DNA from: Octopus vulgaris
Taxonomy: Eukaryota
Reading direction: 5' to 3'
Length of the DNA stretch: 64,000 nt
NCBI GenBank assembly: GCA_951406725.2
Contig: OX597815.1
Coordinates: forward strand, 173,476,001 to 173,540,000
This document shows positions 39,237 through 53,196 of the stretch, piece after piece (position 1 is the stretch's first letter; the number at the start of each line of letters is the position of its first letter). The position numbers and the translations under genes are program-made. The notes under the pieces were generated by a model. It was not told the origin of the DNA and searched no databases. It saw only the letters and a list, made by a program, of their open reading frames with translations.

Positions 39237-42200
39237 GTAGTCCATTGTCTAAGGATTAGAACTTATAACCATTATAATCTCATAGATCTATAACTTCTCC
39301 ATCTTACATACTGTAGTATATAGATAAATGATTGACAAAATAAAACTAAGCTAAACAGATTTTGATCAAGAATTATAATCATAAGACTGTTTAAATTTGA
39401 TTTTCACTTTACTATGCATCTAAAAACATTGTATTTTCGAAGTTGAAAGAGTTTATATATGTTTGTAAATGTTATAAAATCTTTTTTTGTATAATATTTT
39501 TCAGCTCTGCAGGGTATGTTGTTTAATTAATGTGATAATAATATTGTTCTAATCAATATGTCAATCTGATCATTATTGTACACCTATCACTTTTAGTTCA
39601 ATCCCAAAACATCATGAGGAGGCCAGTGATAGAAGACAGAATTTGAACTCAGAATGCAAAGGATGAAAGGCAAAGTTGACCTCCATAGGATGTGAACTCA
39701 GGTTGCAGAAAGCAAGAGCAAATAATATAAGGCATTTTACCTGAAGCTTTAACAGCTGTCAAGTTACTTGCCTTAATTTGTATATTTTTGTTGAAATCAA
39801 AAATTCAGTATTATCTCATTGGTCTATTTTTTTCCTTACTTGATCTAAAATTTTAAAAAATTATTCACAAAACTTTTGATAAATAAACTTATGTTTTCCT
39901 TCTGACAAAGATATGACAATTGGAAAATGGTTGAAGTGATGTATAACCAATATATTCTAAATTAGATAGGCAATATATTTGACAAGATAGAGATTTCATG
40001 GGATTGTTTACTAGGTTTACCTTCTCTTCATTCAATTAAATAATGTATTTTCAACTCTAGTCTTATTGACATAAAATACATAGAGAAAACCAAGAATGTT
40101 TATTAATTGCTTTTCCTTTACAAAGAAAGCATAAGGAGTATGAAAAGTCAGCATAATTCTTGTCAAAGTGATTTAGGAGGAAGAAACCGAAAAGTAAAAT
40201 TATCCACCTGAATATGATTTTGGTCTGGATTAAAATAGTAACAAATTGAATTTGTTTCATGAAATATGTGTTCAAACCAAGTTTAGAAGACAGAACAATG
40301 GCTGAATGAGATACATAAAAATAGGTAATTTGTACTGATAGAAACAGAATGGCAATTTGTGGAGAGGCTAAAAGTTCCAGAAATAAGTATTTCTATATGT
40401 ACTTTGTAATCTATATCACCATAATAACATTTCTGACAAATGAGATGTCTTTAGTGAATTAATCAGTGATACAGACAGATATAGAATAATCCAGAAAATA
40501 TTTGACTTAAGACAGAATGCCAAAAATTTTTTTAAATAAGTTATTCTATTTTATGAGAAGCAAAACTAGATACTAAGCATCACAGCTAATCCAGAAGTTC
40601 ATGTTAAATGCTTCAAATGAGCTGAGAGATAAGCTATATTGGATCTAACAGTAGTAGAACTTCAGTTCTATATGATACAGATACTCGTCAATTCAAACTG
40701 TACTGCACTGCTCTCCATATATATATTTTGATAGCTATTGAACATTTCTTTATTATTATTATTATTTTCAAGTATTAATTAGATATATTAAGGAAGTTCA
40801 AGGAATCTCTTAGACATTTTTAATCATTCAGGCACTACTAAACCTCATTATTTAGGAATTATTACAAAGATCTTTATTAAAAATGAAATTATTTCAAGAT
40901 CTATAACAATCGCTGATGGGAAGGTTTCATCAAAGTATGCTGACATGAATAATTGCATTTTGAGTAGAATACTCACAATTTTTGGATATATTAGGAAGCC
41001 TACCTCAACTACTTGAACAAAACATCAACCATATCCAAGAAGTCACATGAGAATGAATATTCACAAATTATGTCTCACAGGGCAATATGTAACACTGAAC
41101 ATAGTGGTGGTGGTGGTGGTGATAATGATGATGATCAGGTTGGTGATGAAACATGGGCCAAATATCACTTTTCTGCACTTACTAATACATAATGATTTAA
41201 GAGTTTGAAATGTTCAGAAGGACTATGCACTTGCCAAATGCATGTAACATATACCAACATCACATGACAAATAATATATTTTTTCGAGTGCACTCTCATA
41301 TCTGTGCACCAAAAACCAGCGATTCCTTACACATTACTGAAGGTGGCAGTGTCATTGATCCAAAGAAAATGAAACTCAATATTACTGGAAATAAAATTTT
41401 ATGCCTAAAAAATACCCTTTTCTACAATATCAAATTCTGAGTAACACAAAAGTTATATAATTTGAGCAAGTCATAAAATAAATTGTCAGACATTGAGATT
41501 ATTATCATATGATTTTTTTGAGGTTTATACACCAAATGAAGTACGTATGTAACAAAAAAAAGTTTAATCTGAAACATTTTAATGAGACTGAGACCATACC
41601 TCTAATGTAGTAGTGTCATTTAGTGACTACACTTTACCAATATGTGCAAATTACAATGAAGTAATATAACTAAAGTCTTCCTTGTTTTTAAATAAAACAC
41701 ATAAAATTGTTAATTTTTAATTTGATAGCAAGAGTATTTTAAAAAAATTCATTAATTTATATATTGAATAGCTTCAAACTTTTACAGGCTGAAAGCTGGA
41801 TCTGAATAAATTTCTATTTCTTAACTAATTAGTTTAGGATAACTAAACTATTTAAAATTTTGATATAAATGTTAAACTGATCCAGTTGCTCTCTCAGTTA
41901 ATAAAAATATCAAAGATATATTGTCTATTTCAAAACATTAACAATACAAAATCAAGAAAATCTTGAATGAAGTAGTGTATGATACACTATATAAATACCC
42001 ACTATTAACCTGAAGGAAATTTATGTATACATGAAACTATCTCAAAGGAGATATTTTTTATGGGTGGAGATTCTACCTCACTGACACAGTATCAGTTGCT
42101 TTTCATGTAGTGCAAAATACTTTTATTCCATCTGCTACTTTCAATTGATTCACTTAACAAGATGGGCTCTTCATATCATTTTGATCTGGAAGCTTATGTA

Positions 42201-43967
42201 CAGATGGTTGTTTATTCCAACAATACAAACAAAATATTTGCTTGAAATACATTTTTAAAAAGTTATATAACAAAACACAAGTTTAAAATATTAAAAATAA
42301 TGTTAATTTATTTATAAGAGGTTGTGTTTATTAGTCTCTAAATGGTCTCTAATTTACAAATTAATATTTAACTTAATCTATAAAGGAAATGGAATTTGCA
42401 CATATTCATAGCATAAAAGGTATTTAGTAATACCACCTATAAGTTATAGATGCAAATTTTCTTTGTTATATTGCTATAAAGTATAACTCTTTTTTGTTTG
42501 TTTGATTTCAATCAAATTATACAATGAAATACAAATTGCGTTAAATTAATATTTTCACAGAAATATCCAGTCTTTTATGCCAAAAATAATTTTATAAATT
42601 AATGATCCTAACTCTTTATATCAAAAATATATAAAACAAATTAAATTATGCAAATGATGAGTGCACAACAATTTAGCTCAATATAGACAATTCTTTAATT
42701 GTTTCTTTTTTATCATGTCTTATCTACACTCCAATACTGACCAGCCTTTGTCTACTAAAAGCAATATTCCTTTCCTACTTCGAACAATCTTCTCATTAAA
42801 CACAATTCAGCTATTTTCACTTTTAACTCCAAGACAGTATTTTGATGTTACAAAATGCTATTATACAAGACTATAGAAATGAAAATCTTTTTCTTCAATA
42901 GTCCCTCCCTATATTTTGCTCTTAAACACACACACACACATACAGAAATAATAGGTAAAGTAAAGAATTTTGAGAGTTAAAAAGATATATTCTACTCAAT
43001 TTTTACAAGTAAGCATTGTAAGCTTTGCTTAAATAGGACGTATTGCAGTAATACAAAATCAACATTAGAACACACATATACCACCCTCCTCGACAACAAA
43101 CTTAATACTGATGACACATCAACAAATAATTAGCTTTGTAAAGAGTAGACAGAGAGCTTTGTAAGTGAGCAGTTAGTGCAAGGCATAACCCTTAACAGCC
43201 TCATAACTGCAAATGAGCAGCAGCACCCAAATGGAAACGGATTGATAAAATGTAAGAAAGATTCTAAATATGCTGGTTGTTATAAAGAAAAACTATTTTA
43301 ACTTTTTAACAATAGAGTGATAATGAAGTACCACCAAACTACCACAACTCACTACTGGCAATATAAATACAAAATATGAGGTAAAGAAGAATCAGAATAA
43401 TTTTCTGTAATAGCTTCAATCTTGTTTCTTTGCCAAATATTTAACATATGATAGATAGCAGGTGGGCTTTGTTTGATGATGATGATGATGATGATGACGA
43501 TGATAGTGGTAATGATAATCAACAACATATCATAGCAAAAATATTACTTTTATTCTGACCGTATGAATTAAAGACAAGGACGGAAGGGAATTAACCACTA
43601 AGAAATACTGAGGTAGTGCATTCATAGCATTTTCAACAGTAGAAGATAAAACAGCTAAGTGTTTACGTGTGTGTGTGTATATGAAAGAAAAAACTAGCAA
43701 CATTTTAATTAGTATTGAAAAAACCAGGGTATCTTCATGCCAATTATTAATTCAATTATATAAGAAATTTAAGATAATTAACATAATTTCATGTTTATTG
43801 ATTACTTAATTCCTTAAATGATTACGAGAGTCATTAAACTGCTTCTGATAGGTCCTACATCAAAATATTAGTTTTTGTTTGATACACATTGTTTCAGCTT
43901 GATCTAAATAAAGCATTGAAGAGATAACAAAAGAGTTATTTCTATACTAGTATAGTTAAAACCATAT

Positions 43968-44121
43968 GATGGTTGCTGTTAGGAAGAGCATCCAGCTGTA
44001 AACACTCTGCCAAAACAGACAGTGAAGCCTGGTGCAGTCTTCTGTCAAGCCAGCCCCTGATAAATCATCTAACCCATGCCAGCATGGAAAACAGACGTTA
44101 AATGACAACGATGATGATGAT
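43968..44121 (+). mobile_element. SINE/LINE-tail repeat with (GAT)n tail
   Basis: Reverse-complement homolog of 24105-24260. Confidence 0.75.
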
Positions 44122-44360
44122 AAAAACTAATTTACAAGAGAAAGAGTAAAAATTGGCTAAAACGCTTTAAGTCTTGTTTCTACTGTCTCCTTTCTTCTTT
44201 CCCAACACTCTATGAAATGAACTATTTAGAGTTTAATGTAAAAAATTGGAATACATTTGAGAAAGAAAAGTAAAACTGGCCCACTTTTGATGTTTGAACC
44301 ATGTAGCAGCACCTGCCAAGTTACCTCATAACCAATTACACCACAGAGTATTTACATAAT

Positions 44361-44719
44361 TAACAAGAGCACAAACCTTTGCCAAGGCAACACCAATGTC
44401 CTCTCAACGATTAGCCACAGATGATTTTTAAAATGAGAATATCTGAAATAAACTCGACTGCTCTCACAAATGAGAATACCAAAAATGAACTTGAGTGCTC
44501 TCAAAAGTTAAGTAAAAAAGAAAAAAAAAAAAAAGGAAAAATAATCCAGAATCCTTGTCCAGTACCAGAATGATCCCAATTCTAATCAGTCACAAGGCCA
44601 AACATCCCTGAAAGTTTCATCTGAATCCATCCAGCAGTTCTTGAGATATCTTGTCCACGGGCAAACAAACAAACATGACTAAAAACAATACCTTCGCCTT
44701 TGCTAAGGTGGAGGTAATA
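44361..44719 (-). mobile_element. Non-autonomous Helentron-associated (HINE/DINE-1-like) element
   Basis: Minus strand starts tattacctccaccttagc, has a short internal inverted repeat and a (GTTT)n microsatellite, and ends with ccttggcaaaggt (inverted to the 5' acctccacc..ag). Confidence 0.55.
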
Positions 44720-45999
44720 ATGTGGTCATCTAGTAAGCTATAGATACATGATTTAAAGACTGTCAGTGACCCTGTTTCTCTTCTCTGTCTGAAATTGGTG
44801 GTAATAATTATCACTTTAGAAAGCCAGTCCTAGCTTCTGGTTGATCACTAATTTTAATTATCAACCTTTAGCATTTTTTTGAGACCTAATATTTCCTTCC
44901 TACATACATTCTAGTGGTAACAGCAGAGAATGTCTTAATTTACACTGCTCGACAGATGAAAAATGTATCACTGATATTAAATAAGCCATGCAAGAATAGA
45001 AAGAAAAAAAAAGATATATGTAAAAATCATGATGCACAAATAAAGATGAAATGTCCCACCTAGTAAAGTGATGAAAGTGAAACAAATTTTGAAAATTTAA
45101 TTTCAAGTTTCATCTCTGAATATATAGGCCCAAGGAAAATTATGAACAGAAATAACAGATACAACCAATAATGAAGAATTTATATAATATTGAAGCTGAC
45201 TGAGGGATCAAAATATTCTAAGTGTTTATGAGAACAAATTTCATTTGCTTCAACAAAATGGAGTTCCAGTTGAACAAATGTTGGAAAACGAAAAAAAACA
45301 ACAAAACATTGAAAGTATTAAACATTTTGAAATAAGTATCAAAGTGCATTTTGTATTCATGTTTGTGCATGCATATGTTCAGGCTCATCATTTATGCTAA
45401 AAAACATACAATTTATACCCTGCAAACAATAAACATCATATGGATCATGCTGCTGAAATAAGCAGAGATCAAATGTTATTGTAAAGGAGAAAACACTTTC
45501 AGCATACATAGTATAAATATTACGAATTAAAGTTAACTAACTGGAAAGCTGCGAAGAAATTAAGAGTGACTTGTATCTATCATGATTTCACTATAAGATT
45601 CTGATTGTAATGTAAAAGGTAAACAACAACAATATATTGTGAAGTATTTCATACTCATAATTACAGAACTATCAAAGCATGGAACAACCCTCATCACTTA
45701 ACTGTCAGGACACTGCATTCCTTAAAAGTTCCATGCTTTCCAAAATTTGCCAACACTACTCCTGATGTGTCTGTGAACCTTTATATAGCTCTTTTACTGT
45801 TTCCTTTAATTTACGCCTTTTTATCCTGCATGCTAATGCATGCACTTTTGGGTGTAATTGCTCTTTTTCTTTCCTTGGCTTACTGCTGTTTTTTGAGCAC
45901 TGTATGCGATAAACTCATTCTCATTATTTTTAATGTTTTATTGAGTCTAGTAGGATGAATGATTAAGTGAGCTCTTGGTGTGTATTCTGAATTGTTTGT

Positions 46000-46250
46000 A
46001 TTATCATCACCATTATTTAATGTCTCTTTTCCATGTTCACATAGGTCAGATGGTTTGACAGGAGTTGGCAGGCTGGAGAGCTGCACCAGGCTCCAATTGT
46101 CTGTTTTGTCATGATTTCTATGGTGAAATACCCTTCCTAACGCCAGCCACTCAACAGAGTGTACTGGGTGCTTTTCATGAGGCACCAGCATGGGAGCTTT
46201 TTACATGGTACCAGCATGGATGCTTTTTATGTGGCACCTACATGGGCTAT
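46000..46250 (-). mobile_element. SINE/LINE-tail repeat
   Basis: Homolog of 24105-24260 and 55275-55592, including tandem gcacc/ccagcatgg units. Confidence 0.75.
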
Positions 46251-47552
46251 CACTAATAAAGAAAGGGAAAATTTATTCTAACTTAAATGGATGATCCACC
46301 GACAAGTTGTTTTTATTTACATCAAGGAAAACAATATGATGATATAATCTTAAAGTAAAATTATTAATTCTATTTGGATCATGTGAATATATTGTATGTA
46401 TATGTATAACCTTATGACAAAGTATACACCATATTAATTAACAATACTAGCTGAGTAGGCTGGGTATACTTTATGTGTGTGTTTACAACATTATATAAAC
46501 ACACACATGCATGTGCATATACACACACATGCATATGCATATACACACACACACCATTGTAACTCATTCCTTATATCAATACTTTAGAATATTGTTTTTA
46601 GCACTTAATTTATATCTTAAGATAACAAATGATAAAAACAGATGATAAATAGTTCTGATTTAAGCATTTAAATTTTAATGACAATTTAACAACTTTGTAT
46701 AACAGGTAGGATTTGGAAGAGAAACAGACAATGAATATTATTTTACAGTAATATATGTTCAAACACATTTATAACACACATCTATAATTGTATATTTAGG
46801 TAATAAGTGTGTATGTATGTGTTTTATGTGTGTTCATATAATAAATGAGACAACAGATGAAAGAAAATCTCTGTTTGTATATAGAAATAAATCTATTTCT
46901 AGGAATATTACTCTTAAAATTAACTTTCAGCTTGCATTATTAACAATGTAATAGCTACAATATCAAAGAAAGAAAGTAGATTCATAATTTCCCATTTAAC
47001 AAAATAATTTGATATTTAAAAACTAAATAAAACAAATGCATTTCACCATTTCAAAACATTTTTCTATTGTTTTCTTGATGAAGTTTGGTAAAGTCAGAAG
47101 AATAAACAAAGTTATGAAAAATGTGAAAATTCGAGAAAATATTGGAAATTAGAATGTTACTTTTGAAAATAGATAATTTCAATAAGAAAGAAACAGGAAA
47201 TATATATTTTAATAATATCTGAATCAAGTTAAAATTAAGTAGTAAATTTAGTTAGGAAATCAAAACAATTAAAGTAATCATAAAAGCTTAATATTTCGAT
47301 TTCAGAAATTGAAAACTAATTGTTACAGTAACTGGAGAATTCCAATCTTTTGCTTTAAGAAATTATATATTCTGTAAGAAGTAAATTATAATGACCATTT
47401 AACATTAGCTATTTGATAATTATAAGTAAATATAAAACTCTTTTAATTTAGTTTTAAAAAAAAAATTAATACAATTTATGCTCTTTTCTTTAGAGAATAG
47501 AAATTAAACTTGTGAAATATTTTAAAAGAAATGATAGTCAAAAATTATTTAC

Positions 47553-47714
47553 ATTTTTCAGCAGCCACATGCCAAAAACAAGTGCTGCAGCAATGAAGCA
47601 GAGGATGGCTAGGGATATGAGGACAGTGAGGGCTGCCACCAGTGTCACCAAATCATCAGCCATGACAGAGAGGAACACTAACACTGCTGCAGAAGTTTCA
47701 ATAATTGGGAACAT
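47553..47714 (-). CDS. Candidate alternative first coding exon encoding a transmembrane/signal-anchor N-terminus (or a standalone 58-aa membrane microprotein)
   Basis: ATG at 47714 with an in-frame TAA four codons upstream; second ATG in gtcATGG context at 47663. Translation MFPIIETSAAVLVFLSVMADDLVTLVAALTVLISLAILCFIAAALVFGMWLLKN, then gtaaat in phase 0. Non-repetitive and visibly more GC-rich than the adjacent intron. Confidence 0.55.
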
Positions 47715-49475
47715 CCAAAAGTTTTAAGTTTTCAGACTTGTTAAGTAAGGAAGTTGGTTTGGTGGTTGTAGAAAGTTAATCCAGCAGAGTTTACTGGTTC
47801 CATTCAAATGTGCAAAGAAAATACAGTAGCATCTTGTGGAAAACATATTGTATGGTCAAATTCTTCTTTCGAAACAGAAAAATCACTGGACTGTAGCAAC
47901 AAGTAAAAAAGGTAACCTCAATAACATATGGACGCTGAACCAAAGATACAGTCTGACAACAGTAACTGGCTATTCAAAAACAAAAACTTGAGTAAATCTT
48001 AATTAAAATGGAAGGATTTCTACAATTAAAGCAATCAGAATAATGACATTCCATTTTAAGTGCAGGAAGAAGATAACTTTTTAAGTTACGAAAATATTTT
48101 TGAAGAATTATCCTCTTTGAAAAAGATCCCGAAAGTTCTTTGAGTTAAATGATGACAGGTGATATACGAAAGAATAGATTTCTCAAAGCCTGTGTATATC
48201 CAAAGAAATTCTTGACTCTCTTAGTTATCTTCATTAGATGAATAAACTTTGTGCTTGTGATGAAATGACATACAGTAGATCCATGAGAAAAAGTTTGGTT
48301 TATATTTTTTAAGAAAACTTTAGCAGATCAAAAGTGTCACTGATGATAGCACAGTGTACTGTTTTAAGGTGAATGTTTTTCTTCAAATAGAAAGCAAAGC
48401 TTTAGCAAGAAATGTACAAAGTGATGACAATAATATAAACAGTGGACAAGCAAAGCTTAGAAATACTTTTGAGTTGCTGTCATACATTCACATTATTTTT
48501 AAGAAGCTATTTAAAATAAGCATTTTTGTTGAGTGTAATAGCAGACAAGGATGATGAGATGCAGCAAGGCTATTGAAGTGGACAATTATTCCATAATCCA
48601 TAATAATTTCCATAATGTACCATCTGTTTAGATGGTTGGACATATCTTACAGCAGGTAAAACACAACGCCATGTTGACAGCTACACATGACTATTGCAGA
48701 CAGAGGTAGATCTTTGGTTGGAGAGGTATAAAGTAGAAAGCTGATAATGACATAAGTAGCAAGCTAACCCCCACCCACCAACTGTATTACCCAACTTTCC
48801 CCAAACTTCAACGAAAGCTAGTAGTGTGCCAGCACCACTCTCTCTCTCTCTTTCTTTTTGAGTGGGCCCTCCTTCAAAGAAAACTGCAACTGTTACTAAA
48901 CTCTTCCTGCCACCATCCAGATACCTGATACTGCACACAAACAGCTGAACAACACACCTTCAGAACTTTCTTCATCATTCACCATCTTACATAGACTCAT
49001 GTTTTTACAACTTCTAGCAGCTGACAACAGTAGAGAGAGAGGAAGAGAGAGAGAGATCATAATGTGAGAGAAAGATAGAGCACAGTGAAGGAGGGCAGAA
49101 ATTATCATTACAAGGAAGTTATTTTAAAGTGAGGTATAAAATGTAAATACAGCAAACATTTTACAACAATTAACTATTGAGTTGTGTAGAAATAGCAAGT
49201 GATAAGAAAAGCAATACCAGAAAATGGCAAGTGATAATATTGATGATCCATAACATTATTAGTGTTGTGGAAAACAAATTAAAACAGTTTTCACCTGTTT
49301 TATGGAAGAGGGGAAAACAACAATAATTAGACGATGCAATTCCAAATAGAAAAAAAAAAATCATCTCAATGTTATTTTCCAGCTTTTGGAAAGTATATAG
49401 ATATATTGTTTAAAGACTAAAAGCAAAAAATAGACAAGAATATGCATATTTTACACAGTACTCTTTTCTTGCTAG

Positions 49476-49515
<40 letters not shown>

Positions 49516-50179
49516 ATGTTTCTTGCACTCATTCTGATATGTATACATAAAGACATACATTTATAAACCAAATACTTATGCTCAAACACACTATTCATGC
49601 ACACACATGTGCATATTCATTCCAGGATTAATCTAATTTGGTAGCTAAGATAGGAATTTAACAAAATCTTCTTACAAGAATAAAATAAAACAAAAACAAA
49701 AAAATCTCTCCTGGGACTAAAGTTTCATTGATGAACTTCAAATTGTTAGATTTGTCTTAATTAGACCATAGACTGTGCAAGAGTATTAAAACTGAAGTAA
49801 ATGCTGCTGGATGTTTAAATTGTAATTTGAAAATCATTTTATTATTTATAATGTTTGCCTGACAATCTAATTAGCTATTGAATTAAGTTTCAGAAATATA
49901 AACTGACTACTAAGAAAAAAATAGTGGTGAGGTTTACATTTAGAAATGTGTACTATAAAGCCAACTTAAAGAAACTTTTTTGTGAGTTGTTTATTTAATA
50001 ATAACAATGCTTACTTGAAATGATAATCACTTCTAAGTTAGGGAGGCAAAAGATAACATTTTCTAAGAGGTTACAGTTGATTTATGAGATTCCAGCCTTT
50101 AAAAAGCATGGGTATTGGGCATTCAAATAACAAAAAAAATTTAAGATGTATTTTATTATTTTTTAATATGCTAGTGAAT

Positions 50180-50700
50180 TGGCTGAGAGGAGTTTTGTCA
50201 ATGGGTTTTGTAGACCCTGTGTGACTGATGAGATTGATGCGGCTAATGTGCCTCTTGGATATTTGCAAGTTGGAGACTGTAGGAAAAACATGCAGAGAAG
50301 GAATTCAAGTGTGCTGACTTAATGAAGAAAAGATAGGAAATAATGGTTCATGCAGTACCTAGGGGTGGAAGGTGGATACAATGTGGATGACATGAGACCA
50401 GCCTGTTCAAAGAGAGAGAGGCCATTGTAGTAGCAGTAGAAAAGCAAGTTAGAGGAGCTATCATTTCTGTGGGCCAGACGTTCTAGTGTTTGTAACTCAA
50501 CACCAATAAGTCGAGTGACTTTTATTTGAATACAGTCTGAGTTTGTAGTAACAGCACTATTGCAGATATAGGAAGCAATACTCACATGAGCTTTGTTGAG
50601 GATTGGTAGTTGTTGAGGGCTGAAATAGTTTCTGGTTCTGACGAGGAAAGACAGTCTTTGCAAAGTAGTCTTTGCTAAGAGAGATTTCCGGTTACAATGA
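50180..50700 (-). mobile_element. CR1/L2-group (Crack/Daphne-like) LINE ORF2 C-terminus
   Basis: QRLSFLVRTRNYFSPQQLPILNKAHV...IQIKVTRLIG..LQTLERLAHRNDSSSNLLFYCYYNG matches the LxxRRxxxxLxxFYRY-type ORF2 tail. Confidence 0.7.
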
Positions 50701-50793
50701 GGTCTATGATAATTTTACTTGCGTAGTGATTGTATTTTGCACTGTTGAAGAAGATGGGGTTGGCTGACTGAATTGGATATTTTCAAAATATCT

Positions 50794-51017
50794 ATTCATG
50801 GAAACCATGGTGTGACATGACTCGGTTGCATATGGGAGATATTAGGGAGAAGGTTAATGAGGAAAGAAGAGTCATGCCATGTGTGCAAGAGTAGGCATAA
50901 TTCCATTCATGGAAACCACTGGTGTGACTTGACGAGGCTGCATATGAGAGATACTAGGGAGCAGAAGGTTAATGAAGAAAGAAGAGCTGTGTCATGAGTG
51001 TAGGAGTGGACATAATT
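50794..51017. repeat. Diverged tandem duplication, 2 x about 111 bp
   Basis: attcatggaaacca..ggtgtgac...agaaggttaatga.gaaagaagag...cataatt starts at 50794 and again at 50905. Confidence 0.85.
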
Positions 51018-51649
51018 AATAGGGTGTTGTTGTAGAACAAAACCAGATCATGTGTAAATATCCTGCTTAAAAGGATTTTCTCCAAAATTCCATCTACATA
51101 CAAATATATTGTCACTAAAACTGAAACACATTTGTTTTAGATATATTTCCATTAATTTTCTAGCATATTTGTTGCACAATTTATTCTTTTTTGTTTTTTT
51201 CCAGTTCGATTAAAATTGAATGTAGTAATTGCAAATGATTCAATAGAATTTGGGAGTTTAGTTGTAACAAGGTTATCTGTATTAGTAAATCCCCAAACCA
51301 AATTTGGACTCCTATACAATTGGATTATAGTTGATTATAGTTTTCAAGTAATCATCAAAAGAGGGGGGGGGGGAAATCAGATATTTGATTGGCACACTGA
51401 AAAGAAAGGAAAAACAATTGGTCGCATAACTATTTATCCTGATATCACATGCTTTGTACCACAAGGTAAGAATTAAAGTAACAGCTTTATAGTTAATTAG
51501 TGGTGGCTCGACCAAGGAATAATTATGATCTCAATTTTATGTATGACAAGACAAATTCATTGTTACAATGGTAGTAAAAGCTTTAAAATTTCCCCAAGAA
51601 TTATAATGAAATATACTTTTAGTATAGATATTTTCTTATTATACCAAAT

Positions 51650-52620
51650 AATAAAAGAATACGGGAAGCATGAAAACGAAAAAATTTGAAGAAATGAAAA
51701 CCCTTGTGGAGTTCTTGTTAGTGAAGTCACTTAGTTCAATCAACATTTTAGACTTGACCAGTTTATAAATCTATAAGAAATACAGTTGATCAAAACAGTA
51801 TGGCAAGTAACGGATTGGTCTTAACCTACAGAAACTTAAATAAATGTTAGATATGATGAAATAGATGGATATGAAAGTATATGAAAATAATACTTAGTTC
51901 AACTGAAAAAGTACTAGAAGTTGCAATAATTAGATAACCTGTTAAGATAACTTTTAAATATCTTAAGTGTTGAAAAAATATAGATTAATCTTTTAATGTA
52001 AAATGTAGTCCAATAAAAGTATCTAATGATGTCATAAGTTTGTTCTAAGTGGGAAACATATAAAAGAAGTGCATGCATTTCAGAGACTTAATCGTCATCT
52101 ATAAAAAGAATTCAATGATTTCAGTTCTTTTATATCAGACAAACAAGGAGATAATTGAATAATGATTTTCTAGTAAAAATTGATTGTGAGCAATGGTTAT
52201 AGGAAAAACTGCATGGAAAATAATGGTCCAAAAATATCGAAAGCTCTGCCAATAGATTTTAGAAAGTCTTGATCTACTTCAGACACAAACAACAAAGACC
52301 TTTCTTTCACAATGTTTACTTAAATCAAAAATAATTTGCTTCCTCTCTATGCAACTAAACCCAACTTGGACAGTAGTAATTGGTTAGAAGCACAAGTTGC
52401 AAAATGCAGATACTTCATTCTCAATACAACTGATTTCAAACCCAATATATAATAATAGAAAGTTTATGTTGAAGCTGAAGCAACCTATCTCAGAATGTTT
52501 AAAATAATTGCCTTGTTAAACAAGGACAATTGAGGAATGTTATCTGAGAAATGACTTAATATTTTAATATTTATGCCATAGGTGAAATAAGACTATAACA
52601 AAAGGAAACTGGAGTATGGT
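51650..52620 (+). mobile_element. Possible R4/Dong-type (RLE) LINE relic
   Basis: EQWL*EKLHGK at about 52188-52220 resembles the WxxKxLHG motif; otherwise heavily decayed. Confidence 0.3.
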
Positions 52621-53196
52621 GTAATGTTTTGCTGGTATAGCTAAATGGTAACAATTTCTAAAGCAATTTCTAAGATTGATAATTTTGGTGTCTAATAATA
52701 AAAAAGAGAATAGAGAGAAAACTAAAATATGAGTAAATTGAATTAAGCTACATATGGAAATGTATTAAAATTTGAAATATTGTTATATTCTATATTATGT
52801 TTAACAAAATAATGTTGATATTACAAACTTTGCTTCAATTAAACCCTTTAGATTTTTATGTTCCATATATCATGAACTTTTTCCTTTTTTTTTTTACCTT
52901 TAAAGCTTTACTTATTTATAGGTTGAGGAGTATGAATAAAATAATTTTAAATGTACAATTGGTCAAGTGATAAGAAGTAAAATAATGTTTGGTAGCTACC
53001 ATGGAATAACTAAGATGACAACTTTTCCATTTTGATACTCTTTTAAAAAAATGAAGGAAAGAAAGCTTTTGGACATGATATCACATTTTGAACTACTTAT
53101 TAAAAAAAGAACAAGGGTTTGTTCATAGAAACAAAATATAAAAAAATCCTTAAAGCAGAAAATCCTATAAACAATAACATGTCTATTATATTCTAT

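Noticed and set aside
47512-47727. Plus-strand 71-aa ORF
   Set aside because: Antisense shadow of the hydrophobic minus-strand ORF; non-ATG start and no recognisable features.
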